Positions 38,785-53,485 are shown, numbered from the stretch's first letter. The stretch is 64,000 bases of DNA from Octopus sinensis (GCF_006345805.1 NC_043001.1:1922001-1986000), one strand, 5' to 3'. Notes: generated by a model not told the origin, from the letters alone. Program-made: numbers and translations.

Positions 38785-38999
38785 CCACTTGTTTCAGTCA
38801 TTTGATTGTGGCCATGCAGGAGCACCACCCTGAAGGGTTTTAGTCAAACAGATTGACTCCAGAAATTACTTTTTTAGCCTAGTACTTATTTTATCAGATT
38901 GTTTTCCCAGACTGCTAAATTATGCAGATGTAAACACACAAACACCGGTTATCAAGTGTTGACAGGTGGACAAACATAGACACAAAGACACACACATTG

Positions 39000-39041
<42 letters not shown>

Positions 39042-39045
39042 ATAT

Positions 39046-39083
<38 letters not shown>

Positions 39084-39311
39084 TTATTATTATTATTATT
39101 ATTATTACTATAGTAAGGGCTATTACTATAAGTATATATATATATGACATGCTTCTTTTGGTTTCTGTGTTCCAAACCCACTCACAGCACCTTGGTCAGC
39201 CCGTGGCTATAGCAGAAGACACTTGTCCAAAGTGGTACCACATAGTGGTACAGAACCTGTGACCATGTGGTTGGAAAACAATCTTCTTACTACACAGCCA
39301 TGCCTGCACCT
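38785..39311 (-). mobile_element. tRNA-derived SINE (family of 44031-44434), expanded internal microsatellite
   Basis: Both halves match; the internal TA/TAA tract is enlarged. Confidence 0.75.
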
Positions 39312-39489
39312 ATATGTATGTACATATACATATATATGGATGCATTGTTTATCTTTCACTGGTTTCAGCGAGAGGCTGGGACCTTGCTGGAGCACCACCT
39401 TTCAGTGTTTTGGAGTTTCCTTTCTGTTTCTGGTGAAGAAGCGAGTTAGATGGAGCTGTCCTTGTTTGTGTCTCCTGCTACAATGTGTA

Positions 39490-40100
39490 TTCATCTGGAA
39501 TTTTAGATAGAAATTTGTCCAGATGCTTTTTCCAGACCTCTGCATCTACACCTCACAAATCTCTGGGGTTGTTTGGCAGAAAGCTGAACAGTTGTGCTCC
39601 CTTGAAACACAAGTTTTTACTGTACTGGGTCATTATTTGAGATGGAGAAGATGGGATCTTTGGTATTAGGCAACGCTGCTTAGTTCAGTGGTTAGTACAG
39701 CTTTTAATTCCAAGGTTGAGAGCTAGACTCTCCAGGATTTTCCATATGTATATCACTGCATATCTTTCATGATTTCTCTCTTATGAGTAGAGCTTCAGTT
39801 CTTCTAGCTTCTCCCAGCAGCTCATTTATTTCACTGAGTCAACCTTTGGGTTGTGCTGCTGGACTGTCTCGATTTCAACCACCAGTTTGACTCTCAGCAG
39901 CGACCACAGTTGGAAGCAGTAATCTAAACAACTGAGACCAAAAATTCTCCATAGGAGCAGCAAGGTATCCTCATATCTGGTTCTGAATAATCAGAGAATC
40001 CATCCAGCTTTTAGCGTGCACAGTGCTGCCATCTTGGTAATATGCACATCGACTTTTGCATCATTAGTCATGCAGGTTCGCAGGTCATGCACCGATTCTC
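39490..40100 (-). mobile_element. CR1/Jockey-type LINE 3' end, degenerate
   Basis: WEKLEELKLYS*ERNHERYAVIYIWKILE..CFKGAQLFSFLP..RDL*GVDAEVWKKHLDKFLSKIPDE. Confidence 0.75.
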
Positions 40101-40290
40101 ACCCTGGCATTGCACTACCCACTGGTCCTGTGTATTCGAATTGTAGTCTGAGATGGTGTAAATAATATGTGTGTGTGTGTGTGGTGTGTGTGTGTGTGCA
40201 TGTGCTTGTGCATGTATGTATGTATGTATAAATATATGTGAGTGTGTGTGTGTGCAAAATTTTCTCTCTCTCTCATTCACCCAGTTTATG

Positions 40291-40322
<32 letters not shown>

Positions 40323-40704
40323 TGTATGTATGTATGTATGTATGTATTATGTATCAATGTATGAGTGTATACACACACACACACAAATATCCTAAAATAT
40401 ATTTGCCGACTAAATGTGGCAGTCTCATAGAGGACGATGTTGCTGTTGTTTTTAGCCCCAGGAAGACATCTCCTCCAGCTAGCTAATGACTCACTGTCTG
40501 TGTCTGATTAGTATTTGCAAGAGGAGGTCATCGCTCCCATCTCTAACCTTACGTGATACACATAGACCCAGGTTTCTGGGTATTTACTCATTTTCAGTGT
40601 GCGATAACCACTAGCTAGTGATGAAGACTCATTCCAGCGACAAACTGTTGCTGATCTCAAAAATGGAGAAATAAGCTTTAAACAGAATATATATGGAGAT
40701 GTAC

Positions 40705-40870
40705 TTGCATAGCAAGTGACCTGATCTGAGATCGTATGCTGGAACGAAAACAATTGCAGCATGGAAGGTGTTTATAAGCCATTTAAGAAACACACAAAAT
40801 TCGTTAGATTCACTTCAACATTTAAATTTAATTTATCAAAATATTTTCGTCACTTTCGGACCATGACCTG
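40705..40870 (-). mobile_element. Copy of the G3-C8 hammerhead module, 5'-truncated within the core
   Basis: Homologous to 60647-60837. Retains CA G GUCAU..GUGAC GAA AAUAUU U UGAUAAA but lacks GUGAA. Confidence 0.75.
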
Positions 40871-42362
40871 GCAATGTGATCTTTAGGTAAGAAATGTTGC
40901 AGCTCAATATCGTGGTTCATTTAGAGAGGATGCATTCTACTGTTCAGTCCCCTTTATTTCCATTGAAATTCTTGGTTGGGGTCATGTCTGGGTGTTGTCT
41001 TTTGGTTTATTGCTTTCGTTTTTATGGAGGTAATGGGGAAATTTGTCTCATTCGTTGTTTTTTGGCTGAATTCATTATTTAATCATATTAAGGAACATTT
41101 GTTAGTGAAGGAAATGTGCCTGTGTGTATGTACTTGTACATCGGTGTGTACGTGTGTACTTGTGGACATGTGCACATGTGTGTGTCTGTGTGTGTGTGCA
41201 TGCATGCGCGTCTGCGTGTTATCTTTGCTTAAGTCTGTTTCTTTTATTGGAAAGAGTTATTTGTTTATAGAACAATTAGTTTTGAGAGTTTTCATTTCAT
41301 GGGTGCTGACACTGGGAGTTCAAGGTTGAATGAATCTTCAAGGATGATTCTGTTAATGTTTGTCTGTTTGTCTGTTTATTTGTTTGCTTGTGTGTGTGTG
41401 TGTGTGTGTGGTGTGTGTGTGTGTGTGTGTGTGGTGTGTGTGTGTTGTGTGTGTGTATACGTGCTCATTTAAATTTTGTTTTGTTTAAGATGAAAGACTT
41501 TCAACACTTGTTTCTTCATGCATTTTTTTACTCTGCATTCGATGGGATCTGGAAAATCAATTATGTCTCATTGTCGGAATTAATTAATGTCTTCCTCTTC
41601 ACATTTTATGTCTGTTTTTGCCTCTTTTATCCTTTTTTGCCTTTTACTGGCTTCAGTCATTGGACTAGAAGCGCCGTCTCAAAGTACTTTAGTCGAACGA
41701 CTGACTGGCTATGACTCCAGTGTGAGGCTTCAGTTCGGAGACTCTGGAGTCGTGGGGAGCTTGGAGTCACACCTTAATACCATAACTCCAATGTTTGTTC
41801 TGACCACGAAAGGTGAGGATCCCATCTATGGCTTAAATCAGAATTGTTCTCAATCGGAATGACATTAAAGTGCATCCAGTGGTGAGCCTTTAGTTCAAGA
41901 ATTCTGGAATTGTTGGGAGTGTGGAATCACCTCTTATTTACCATTTTCCCCAGGTCCCTTCTGACCCTATCTATGAGTTAAATACACTTCCCAGGGGTTG
42001 AAGAGGTTGTTTTTGACAAAACTGTATGGAAGTCAGCTCTTCTAAGAGAAAGACACTCTGACAAAATTTGCAGTCAAAATAGTTGCAAGTCATCTTGCAA
42101 TGCTTGTTACTGGAACCAACTATGGTGGCAGGGAGTTGCAAAAGTGTTGCACAAGCCAATGGCATTTAAACCCAAAGACATAGGGATGCCTTGCTATCGT
42201 TTCCTTTCTTGATTTGTTTTGTATTTCATAAAGTCTCATGGTGGTCAATGCAAGGCATGAAAAGTCATCTCTGTGAATGTATAAGCAAATCAGCAGAATT
42301 AGGCTGGAAATGAGATGGCTATCATCAGACAAGATGAGGCAAGCATCACACACACACACACA

Positions 42363-42431
<69 letters not shown>

Positions 42432-42775
42432 TTAACTTCACATAAAGATAAACACACACATCTAATGTGTGTGTGTGTATGTATTATGCATGTCTATATT
42501 TGCACGTCTGTATGGCTGTATATGAAGTAAAGTAATTATAATTTGTTGGTTTATTCCTTTTTGCTGGTGGTGACTAAACACCTATGTCAGACTCGACTGG
42601 TGAAGTGGTTTGCTAGAAACACAGCTGTTCGAATTCCAAATCTGTCAAAAGGACAACTAAACCTAGAATAGAATCAATGACTATTTATACAGGACAAGTG
42701 CGAGAGGACATAGAAATACTGGGGAAATGTAAATCCAAATCAATAGACTTTTATTTAACCTCTCTCGCAACCCAA

Positions 42776-42814
<39 letters not shown>

Positions 42815-44030
42815 AATAACAAAATATTCTTTATATATATCTATGTATCAGTTATATATTTCCCATTCATATATTCTGCTCTTTCACACATACAGATTGC
42901 TATTCATTCATTCAGATGTTTCTCTTTACATCTATTCTTTACTATTTTTAAAGCTGTATTCTGTTCTCTTAGAAGCCACACAAATACATATGTAAACATC
43001 ACTCTGTTTGGCTCTTTTCTTTTTTATATTATTATCGCTTTCTTTCTTTGTATACCTACACACACACATGCCTCCACCACCACACACATACATACATATA
43101 CATACATGTATACACATATACATGTATATGTATGGAGAGCAGGGAGGGAGAGTGTACTGATGAAAGGAGAAGAGAGTATATTTGCATTTGTATTTATGAG
43201 AGACAGATATTTACTGCATTATCATCAACATCATTATCATTATCCACCATCCCACACTAACATCACTTGAATATGTTGTCACGGTCCAAGTAATTTCTCA
43301 TTTGAAATACCTGCCCCCTTCTCCTCTGCCGAGACGGACAGGAGGACCATATCTCACTTGTCCATTCCGTTTTTTGGTTCTATGTCAATGGGTGAACTGC
43401 CCTTCATAATGCCAAATGCGTTACAGAAAGCAGAGGATATATTTTAATGTGACTTGAACTCCTGAAAGGTTCTGAGGTCCTTACCTGTTTCACCTGTCAT
43501 CAATTGGACTGAAAGGCGTTTTGGACACACACGCATGCACACACTCACACACACAACACAACACACATGCATAAATAAAGCTACAAACGATGCTTCTTAA
43601 ATGCCAGTCCAGTGGAAGATATCTGTTCATAATATATTTTATTAAAAACCATGGAGAGAAAGAAAGGGCAAACAGCTGGTCAAAATGTTTCATGTCTAAG
43701 GGAATCCTAGACAGGGGAGCCATAAGCTGCTGTTGGAGGAGTAAGTCGTCTGTGCTGGCTTGCTGCTGTGTGAAAGAGTTGAGGGAGATAAACCTTAGGC
43801 AAGGATATCCAGAAAGAAATGAATTATAGCAATCAGCTTCCCAGTGATTTTCTGCAACTGAGAGGAGATCCTGGTCGTCTTGGGTCACCCTTGCCACTGC
43901 CTGTTTCCTTCATATGAATGATAGCAAATGGGAACCCTTGGTTTCCTTATAAAGCTTTATTGACATCCCCCTCTCCATGTTAGCAGTATTGAACAAGCTC
44001 TTGGATCTCAAATGTGGATATTATCAATGT

Positions 44031-44194
44031 AGGCGCAGGAGTGGCTGTGTGGTAAGTAGCTTGCTTACCAACCACATGCTTCTGGGTTCAGTCCCACTGT
44101 GCGGCACCTTGGGCAAATGCCTTCTACTATAGCCTCGGGCTGACCAAAGCCTTGTGAATGGATTTGGTAGACGGAAACTGAAAGAAACCCATCG

Positions 44195-44225
<31 letters not shown>

Positions 44226-44434
44226 ATGCGTGTTTGTGTGTCTGTGTTTGTCCCACTAACATCACTTGACAACCGATACTGGTGTGTTTACATCCCCGTA
44301 ACTTAGCGGATTGGCAAAAGAGATTGATAGAATAAGTACCAGGCTTCCAAAGAATAAGTCTTAGGGTCAATTTGCTTGAGTAAAGGCAGTGCTCCAGCAT
44401 GACCGCAGCTAAATGACTGAAACAAGTAAAAGAA
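44031..44434 (+). mobile_element. Full-length tRNA-derived SINE
   Basis: A-box-like GTGGCTGTGTGG, B-box-like GGTTCAGTCC; internal TA/TG tract; 3' gactgaaacaagtaaaaga. Further copies at 32569, 38785, 62008 and ~17040. Confidence 0.85.
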
Positions 44435-45589
44435 TGTATTTCATGTGGCTGCAATGATGAAATACTAGGGCTTCCATAGTTTCTGTGCTTGTAGTAAGGT
44501 CACATGGTAAGTGTAAGACAGATGGCACCACTTGTGACTCTCTGGTTTACCTAAAAATGCCTGGGACCTCTGTAGCTGAGATTGTTAAGAAGTAAAGTCA
44601 TCAAACGATTTATCATTTAAGATGGTGATCATAAAATTTGTTGGGGACTACAAGCAATACACACACACATACACACATATGTAGATATATTTATGTATAT
44701 AAATACACACACACACATATATATATATATAAATGTATATATATATATGTATATATACATATGTATATATACATATATATACATATGTATATATACATAT
44801 ATATATGTATATATACATATACATTCACCCATATTCTGGTCATTTGTTGAGGCATTAAGCAAATTAATGTACTCAATACATTTGAGAGTGAGTTCTGAAA
44901 ATTTTACGTATGGTATTGTAAGAGATTGTTGACAATGACATAAGTTTCAAATTCATAGAATATATTTCATAGTAACATGAAAATTCACACTCAAAAGCAT
45001 CAAAGATGCGACCAATGTACATTTTAGATAAGGTATATCCTACTTAAATTGGAGAATATTTGAATTTCAGAACATATATTTTCACTAGATGTAGCCATAA
45101 ACACAAATTCATCCTGTCCATTTGGAAAACAACTCTTATACCAAAGTAGCAACAAACGTTTTACATCTGCTATAGACACAGAACCAATGTAACACAAACA
45201 TCAACAGATTTACATAATAACACCAACATCATTAGATTGCTTTTGAAGCCTGCTTAGAAATCTCATCCATGCACAATAATATGAGCACCAGTAAAAACGA
45301 GAAACACTCAAATAATTGAAACATAACAATACATCTGAATACCAAGCAGACATTTTCTTAGTTAAGAGCAATGAGTGACAATCACTGCTGCTTGGAAGCA
45401 AAACAAACCTTCTCTCACGCATATCTGTTCATGTCACGGTAAGTCATCTACAGCAATGACAATCAACTTGATGTTCACTTGAAAGCATCCGGATGACAGA
45501 AGGAAGAATAGGTGATGGCTTGGATCAGGTCAAATCAAATGTTTTCCTTTGCACATAGAACTTAACTTGCTGTCATCCATCTCTTAGAA

Positions 45590-45895
45590 TGCTGTACTAT
45601 ATATGTGTGTGTCTACATATGTATATGCTTGCATACATGCATACATACATACATACATACATACATGCATACATACACACACATACATACATACATACAT
45701 ACATACACACACACATACATACACACACACACACATACATACATGCATACATACATACATACATTCATACATACATACACACACACATACATACACACAC
45801 ACACATACATACATACACACACACACATACATACATACATACATACATACATGCATGCATACATACACACACACATACATGCATACATACACGCA
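45590..45895. repeat. (CATA)/(CA)n array
   Basis: Seen directly. Confidence 0.9.
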
Positions 45896-46428
45896 CGTAT
45901 AGGTTCTTCAGTTAGATCAAAGACAGCTTGAGACATTTTAGCTGGTCAAGGAGACGAGAACTGCTTTTGTATTTGTGCCCAGGGTATTCTGTGAAGTGAT
46001 TGGTCATAGGAAAGGTGTCCAGTTGTAGAAAACACTGCCAATAATGGAATGTACCATTGAGACAACATTGCTTGTTGAGATACTGGTCTCCTAGACAGGG
46101 GGAAATAACTCAGAATAGGAACGGACACGGTCTGTGGTGACTTGGTCAAACAATGAAACGGGGGAAAAATAGGCATAAAATGTTGATGGTGATGATGATG
46201 ATGATGATAAACGAGTCTCACACAAACACACACAAGCAAATACAATCTTATCTTGTCCCCTTATTACTCCCTCTCTCTCCCTCTCCCTCTCTCTCTTTCT
46301 CTCTCTCTCTCAATACAGACGCACTTATTCACACACTCACACACACACACACACACATGCTGCACATAAAATATATGGAAAGAGAAAAGGAGAGATCATG
46401 TGCATGTGAATGTGTGTGTGAGAAAGAC

Positions 46429-46460
<32 letters not shown>

Positions 46461-47599
46461 GGGGAAAGAGAAGAAGAGAGGGGGGAATAAACATAGAAAG
46501 ACCACAGAAGATTGTGTTTAGATGTGAATTGGTGGAGAATATAGAAAAGGAAAAAAAAGACATGTAAAAAGAAAAATATGAATAAATAACAATATGTATG
46601 TGAAAAAGCGGAATAGCGATGTGAAATGTAAGAAATATATATATAGATATATATTAATGGGAATATGTATTATTGATATATATATATATGTGTGTGTGAG
46701 AGAGATTGAGGATAGCGGAGTGAGTGGGCGGTGGATAGGGTAAATGAAACATAACCATTCTTATTTATGTATCGGTTAGATTTAATAGAAATGTGTATAA
46801 TATTATAAATGGACACTTATCAGGGAAAGAGGGATTGTTTTCATGTTTCACCCATGGGAAATGATATACGTGCATTGAGAATACATGCTTGTAATTTCAA
46901 GAGAAAGGAGATAGATGTAATATCATAAGGACAGTTAGATATATGAACTTATAACCTCACATGTTTCAGGTATGGCCTTTCTTTTGCAGCAGCATAATAC
47001 AAAGCAAACAGTATTAGTAGTAGTAGTAGTAGTAGTAGTAGCAGTAGAAATTGGATCGTTTCAGAATGTAAGACCAGCAGTAGTTGTGCACAGTATCTGT
47101 AAATATTGTTGGTGCATTCTCACATTGTATTTATTAACCTTGGAACATTTTATGCTTGTTTTCCAAGATACACTTAATACTTCTTTCTAAAGAAAAGGGA
47201 ACTCCTGATGTATTTCTCGAGCCGTGAATAACAGCAACAACAACAGCATGATAATTTCTTCTTTGTTATTGCCAGCAGGGTCCATTCATAGGTAGAATAA
47301 AATACCATAGATTAGCAGAAAGGTGTAACCAAGCATCTAGGAATAAAGGGCTACAAAATTATATAAATGAGGAGGTGGAGGGGGGGAGGCAGAGATATCA
47401 GACAATGCAAACATGGTACAAATTTTAAAGCTACACAAGTTAACAGGAAATTTATAGATGATTATTAAAAACAAACACAGATACAGTTAAAAAGATATTT
47501 AAGCAAATGAGAAGGAAATAGCTTATCCTCCTCAAACATGGCTTAAAAACCAGCTACATTGGATTAGAGCATCACATGACCCTGTTCCATTTGTCTTTC

Positions 47600-48430
47600 C
47601 TTGTTTGGAACCTTTTGCACCGAATATTTTCAGTCAGTCATGCTATGTAGCATCCTGCGTTCTCTGACCAGGTAATCTTTTTGTCATCCTATTTCAGTAG
47701 GTTGTTCTTCATCAATAATCTATCAGCCAGATGTCTTTTAAAAGTTCCATCTTTATTGATGCTCTTCATCATAGCATTGCATCATTATTATTTCCTTTGA
47801 ATCATTTCATCAGTTTCATCACAAAAATATTCGTCATCCGGTGTCTTGGCGAAATTTTGAACCTGGGCTCTCATTCCTTAGGTATTTTTTGATATTATTA
47901 TTATTATTATTCAGGTCACTGCCTGGAATCGAACTCAAAATCTTGGGGTTAGTAGCTCATTCTCATAACGACTACACCATATGCCTTTGGGTATATTGGT
48001 GTTTTACACAACCATGAAATTCATGTCTTGTAGAGGAAACCCTCCCACCCTTGTTGCTTCTGTTTGTTTTTGCTTGGGATAATCTTTCCTTTACGGAATT
48101 GTGATCTTTCCATCACTTTCTACTCATGTCATAATCCCAGACAGTTTCCCAGCTCTTTTGATCTTGTTTGACCATTTTGTTGCAAAATGATGGAATGCCA
48201 AAGCTGAGTACGTTCCTAGACTCCCTTGATGTCTGCTTGTTGACCGTTGGTTTTTGAACCTGGGTACACGGTGAGTCTTTTATCTTTCCTTGAACACAAA
48301 ATGGATGATGTGACTAGCAGTACAGTTGTATCGATATTTTTCTATAAACTTAGGGTGTGAGCAAGTCTTTCAATCCCATTGTGACCCACCCAATGCATCT
48401 CTGTACATTTGGCTGTTAATTCTTGCACAT
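47600..48430 (-). pseudogene. Possible retroviral-type integrase relic (Gypsy or Ginger-like), highly decayed
   Basis: MHWVGHNGIERL..KNI..SILC resembles the HHCC Zn-binding domain; NKDGTFKRHLADRL resembles an integrase C-terminal tail. No DDE core recognised. Confidence 0.3.
47893..47985 (-). mobile_element. Short tRNA-derived SINE with (AAT)n tail
   Basis: Minus: A-box-like tggtgtagtcg, B-box gagttcgattcc, tail aataataat. Confidence 0.6.
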
Positions 48431-48589
48431 AACATAAAGATAAGGCCAATATCCTTTACTTTTGTTTTTTGTATTGTAATGACACATGCTTTGTGGTATT
48501 AGGTTTAGGGTTGAGTGTATAATGAGCTTGACTGACCTGCCTTTTCGTTCCGTTCTCAGTTTCAAATACCAAACACATCATCACCACCA

Positions 48590-48812
48590 TCATTATCGTT
48601 TAACGCCCACCATCCATATATGGGCAATGGTTGGACAGTTTGACAAGAGCTGGCCAAGCAGAAGACTGCACCGGACCTCTGTGTCTGTTTTGGCATGGTT
48701 TTTACGGCTGGATGCCCTTCCTAACACCAACCACTCTACAGAGTGGATTGAGTGCTTTTTACATGGCACCTGCATAGGTGAGGTCTGTTTTGGCATGGAT
48801 TTTACAGCTGGA
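48590..48812 (-). mobile_element. SINE with RTE-like tail
   Basis: ttttacggctggatgcccttcctaac.ccaacc motif in reverse. Confidence 0.7.
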
Positions 48813-51099
48813 TGATGAAGAGAGAGATGAAGAGAGGGAGAGAGAGAGAGACAGAGAGAAAGAGTGGGCGGAGAATGTGTTAACAAAAAGAAGACAGAAA
48901 CAGGTGTGCTATTGTAAAGGAGATACATGGTTACCAAGCCAGAGGGAAGATGCAGAGAAGGACATAGAAAGAGAGAGAGAGAGAAGGAGGAGAGAGAGAT
49001 CAAGAATGAGGGCAGAAACTGGTGTGCTACTGTAGAGGAGAGACATGGTTACCAACCCAGAGAGAAGAGCAAAGGAGAGAGAGAGAGAGAGTGGGAGACA
49101 GCAAGAGTGCAAGAGAGAGCAGGAGAGAGATGGTGGTGAAGTGCCAAGGTATACTCATAAGGAAAGGGGATCAGAGCATAGATGTGATGGTAGAATTAGG
49201 AAGGGGGAGATAAAGGGTGGCAGGTGCCAAGGCATAGCCTCAAGGTATGGAGGTCGTAATATACGTGGTAGGGAATTGCCAAGAGGTACATGTAGGGAGT
49301 AGGAGTGGGGAATGCTATGACTGGTGAGAACCTGGGTATATAGAGGGGGTGGGGAAAGCAATGATACAGTGATCAGAGTAGTGAGGACAGGGTTGGGGAG
49401 TGGGAGATAGTCATAGTGTATGAAGAGGAAATGTGAGGAAGAGAAGAGATGCAGTTTGGGAGGGGAGATGTAGTCTGGTTTGTTGGGGTAGGATGTGTAA
49501 GAATTTTATCATTATGTGTGGGTAGGATACTATTATATCACATGTTCAGATGACCTCTACTCAACTCGTCGATGTCTAGACTTCTCCCTCTATATCTACG
49601 TATTGGGCTAGCTTACTTCATCGTCTGGGGCGTCGACACAAGAGATACAATGCTTCTAGAACTCAGCTTTTGCTGTATCCATAATTTTTCTCTCGCCCTA
49701 TAAGGAGATGTTATACCATATATCACACAGTATTACAACAAATTGTTTTCTTTTAATTCCTAGTAAAACCTGTTTCACTTTTATCAATGCCTAGTTAAGG
49801 AACGTTTCTTTTTACCCCATTCGGACTCTGGCAAAGATGCTGCATTGATGGTTGCTAAATTCTGCCAAGTGGATATCTTCTCAGTTCACTTTTAGCAGCA
49901 GAAGTGAAGCTAAAACTGCTCTCATTTTCTCTATTTATTCGACAACAGGTGTTTGTGCATTGTTCTTGCTGTTTTGCTTCTTCCTTTTGTTTGGATACAA
50001 TTTTACATTTTCCGCCATCAAATCTACTTGAGAGTTTGTCTGTTTCTTTGTTGATACTTGTTTATTTTTAAAAATTCTGTTTAGTGTTCTTTTTGAATTT
50101 ATTTTCAAGTCTTCAAAGATTAGCACATTGAGGCGTATTAAGTGCCGCTGTTTTTCTTACTGTTAGCTTTCACTGCTTCTTTATTAGAGGAAACAAAAAA
50201 AATTATTCTACACACTACAAATGCAGAGGAAAATATCTGACAGATTGTTTTCTAACTCAGGTACTGAAGTAGATCGGGATAATATCCTTCCAGAATCATG
50301 ATGCATGATGTGAAAAAATGCAAGAAGGTGATAGGTGGGACGTCTTTGGCAACAAATCTACAAGATCAGAGAAGTATCATGGAACAAATCTGACTCTTGA
50401 GTAATAAGTGAGCCAATTCTGTATCCTAAGTACCACGATTACTCATGAAATCTAAAGTATATGTCAATGTAAGACCTGTAAAGTCAAGCCTGTGTTCTTG
50501 TAGGAACTGAGCCAAGCTCTTTTCTTACCATTCTACTGTAGCACACATCTGGTTCTGTGTGGCAAAGCTGTTTGTTTTCCAAGTGTCCAAGTGTCCATAG
50601 TGAGATGCCTTCAAATATCAGAAACCTAGCTGTGAGAGAAACAACAATCACCTTGAATGATTCTGCTGTGTGGAAGAAATGTGTTAGCATTCTTCTTTCT
50701 CTGAATTTCTAATATTCAAGTTTATTTACATCTTTCAGATTCAATCTATATTTCTCATAAAATATATATTCTTTCATCATTATTTAAGAATCTTTTCTTA
50801 CAAGTTGTTCTAAGTTATTTCATACAAAATTCTACCAAATTCTCGACTGTTTTCAAAATAAACGAAATACATTGGTAAAGTAATCCAATGGAACAATAGT
50901 CATGCAGATGTATGTTAAAGCAACTTGTAGCCATGCATGCATACATACATACATACATTCATACATACATACACACACATACATACATACCTTGCTGTTG
51001 ATGCTGAAATTCCAATGAAGGAGCCTTGGATCTAGGTTAGAAATTGGTTCTTTCTCTATTGGCAAGAAATCTTGAAATAAACTGAATAATGACAAACAT

Positions 51100-51340
51100 A
51101 CATATTGGTGTGTGAGACCGGAAGGAAAAGACCTGCTCCATTGTAGAAATCAGCTGCCCTCTCCACAGAAGTGTGGTTAGAAGAATACAAGATGACTATG
51201 TGTCATGGATAAGGAGTTTGCTAAGCTAGTACCCTAGATACCCTTTCAGCATCATATGTTTTGGTATTGGAGTGACAGGATACATACCAACCTGTCTGAA
51301 ACAAAGTATGGCTGAACTTTGGGTCTTGGGGGGAGAATGT
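51100..51340 (+). mobile_element. Decayed RLE endonuclease fragment of another RLE family
   Basis: DRKEKTCSIVEISCP..YPRYPFSIICFGIGVTGYIPTCL parallels the RLE C-terminal layout. Confidence 0.45.
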
Positions 51341-51519
51341 AAATTCTTATTCCATACCCTACAAATGACCAAGATATTTGGCACTATAAAAATCTGCAAG
51401 ACCTTTTTATGATCAAAAGGAGGATGAAGAAGACAAGTTGCTTTCCTTCCTAACCTTGTTACCAAGTGGAAGGGAGGGGGGGAGGCAGTCAGAATTTATT
51501 CTAAATTAAAAAGAAAAAG

Positions 51520-51625
51520 GGTACATACAAACATACATACATATAAACATACATACATACATACACACATACATACATACAAACATACATACATACAAAC
51601 ATACATACATACATACAAACATATA

Positions 51626-51657
<32 letters not shown>

Positions 51658-51795
51658 AACATACATACATACATACATACAAACATACATACATACATAC
51701 ATACATATAAACATACATACATACATATATACATACATACATATAAACATACATACATACATACAAACATACATACATACACACATACATACTTG
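51520..51795. repeat. (CATA)n array with AAA/TATA variants
   Basis: Seen directly. Confidence 0.9.
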
Positions 51796-52231
51796 TATAT
51801 GTACACAAGCACAAATAAGAATAAAGATAGATTTCTTATTTGTTTATAAGTTGATAAAGGATTTTGTCTGTGTAGGCAAAAATAGTTCGCATGAAGATGG
51901 AACCAAAATATTTAAAGTTGAGTTCTCATGGAGAAATCTTGACAGTTTGTTCACTCTGCATACACCCTCTGGACTCAGGCTATCAATAAGAATGCGACAA
52001 GGATACTTTGAAAAGAGACAAGATGAAAACAAAATTGGTGTCTGGGGTATAAGGCACAATAAGGATAAGAATGGTAGAAATAAGCAGGTTACAAAATTCC
52101 TGTGAAATGTAGGCTGATAGCATACCTGACCAAAGAAAACTAGAGATAGGGAACTGGACAGAATCTACAGACATTAAAATTGTTAAATATGTGAGTAATA
52201 ACTACCAAAATATAGAAAAAAAAAGGAATAC

Positions 52232-52286
<55 letters not shown>

Positions 52287-52999
52287 ACATGCACCAAAGC
52301 AGTAAAGAAGAAAACTTATTAGATAAGATGAAGCATCTGCAAATTTTGTTCCATTTCTTGACATTCTGAGTTCAGTTACTACCAAGGCCAACTCTGGTTT
52401 CCTTCTTTCTTTTAGGGTCTTATGAAATAAAAAAAAAACAGTCAAGAGAAGCGGATTAGCAGAATAGCTAGAGCTGTGGATAAAATAGCTCACCATTTTG
52501 ATTTTAGCTCTTTACACTGTGTGTTCTGGGGCAGTAGAGCTAATTTGTCACACAGTTCAGCACCTCACCTGGTGCTTATAATCTTTCAGCAGAGACCACC
52601 CTTTTGCAGACATTCAGGCCTTGTCAGTGGTTTCATGAGAATGTTTGGCTTTCTTCCCAGCACTCTTGAAAACCCTGAAAAACCGAACCACTGGTACTGA
52701 TTGTGTCTCAATAACTTATCAATAAAGGAAAATGGTATGGTCTGTAAACAAGTATTCCACTGTCAAACAACAGACCCTCTCCTAGTAATCCAAAGATATA
52801 TCATTCATTTTCTTTGAGAGGTTTCACTATTATTGATTGTGTTATTCAAATAATGTTTGAATAGAATTACTGAAGACATGTATATTACATAATGATGCTT
52901 ATTTAAAAACATTTTAGCTGCTATTCTATAAATATTCATGGATATCACACACACGATGTCAGAGGAATAAGACAGGTAACAATATGATGCATGGTTGAG

Positions 53000-53385
53000 G
53001 GCAGTGAGCTGGCAGAGACATTATCCCCCCCCCCCCCGGTAAAATGCTTAGCAGTATTTCATCTGTCTTTACCTTCTAAGTTCAAATTTCGCCGAAGTTG
53101 ACTTTGCTTTCCATCCTTTCGGGTTCGATAACTTAAGTAGCAGTTGCGTACTGGGGTCGATCTAATCGACAGGCCACCCCCTCCCCAAAATTTCGGGCCT
53201 TGTGCCTAGAGTAGAAAAGAATCGTTAACATGCTACGTTCTTAGTTCAAATCCTACCAAGATCGACTTTGCCTTTCCTCCTTCTGGGACTGATAAAATAC
53301 TCATCCTTTGAGCACTGAGATTGATGTAATCGACTTACCCCACCACCCCAGAAACTGCCGGCCTTGTGCCAAAATCTGAAACCAG
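53000..53385 (+). mobile_element. tRNA-like SINE (53000-53222) followed by a partial tandem copy
   Basis: ggcagtgagctggcag start, B-box-like agttcaaattt, end gggccttgtgcctagagtagaaaagaat. Confidence 0.8.
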
Positions 53386-53485
53386 CATGATATGCAGCAA
53401 AACAAGCTAATCTATGTGAGAATTAAAAAAAAGTTCAAATGAGGTAAATAAAAATAAGGACAACTCATAAGCACGCACATAATGT

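Noticed and set aside
43490-43897. 135-aa minus ORF (MARVTQDD...)
   Set aside because: No homology recognised; runs into a TG microsatellite; no coherent splice structure.
51851-52105. 84-aa plus ORF after a pyrimidine-rich AG, overlapped by a 71-aa minus ORF
   Set aside because: No recognisable domain and no convincing donor site.
52569-52674. Minus-strand segment with good splice sites (tttttcag / CAG-gtgagg), possibly ending in MSAKGWSLLKDYKHQ
   Set aside because: All three frames contain stops unless it is a start exon; no recognisable protein and no partner exon. Needs RNA-seq.
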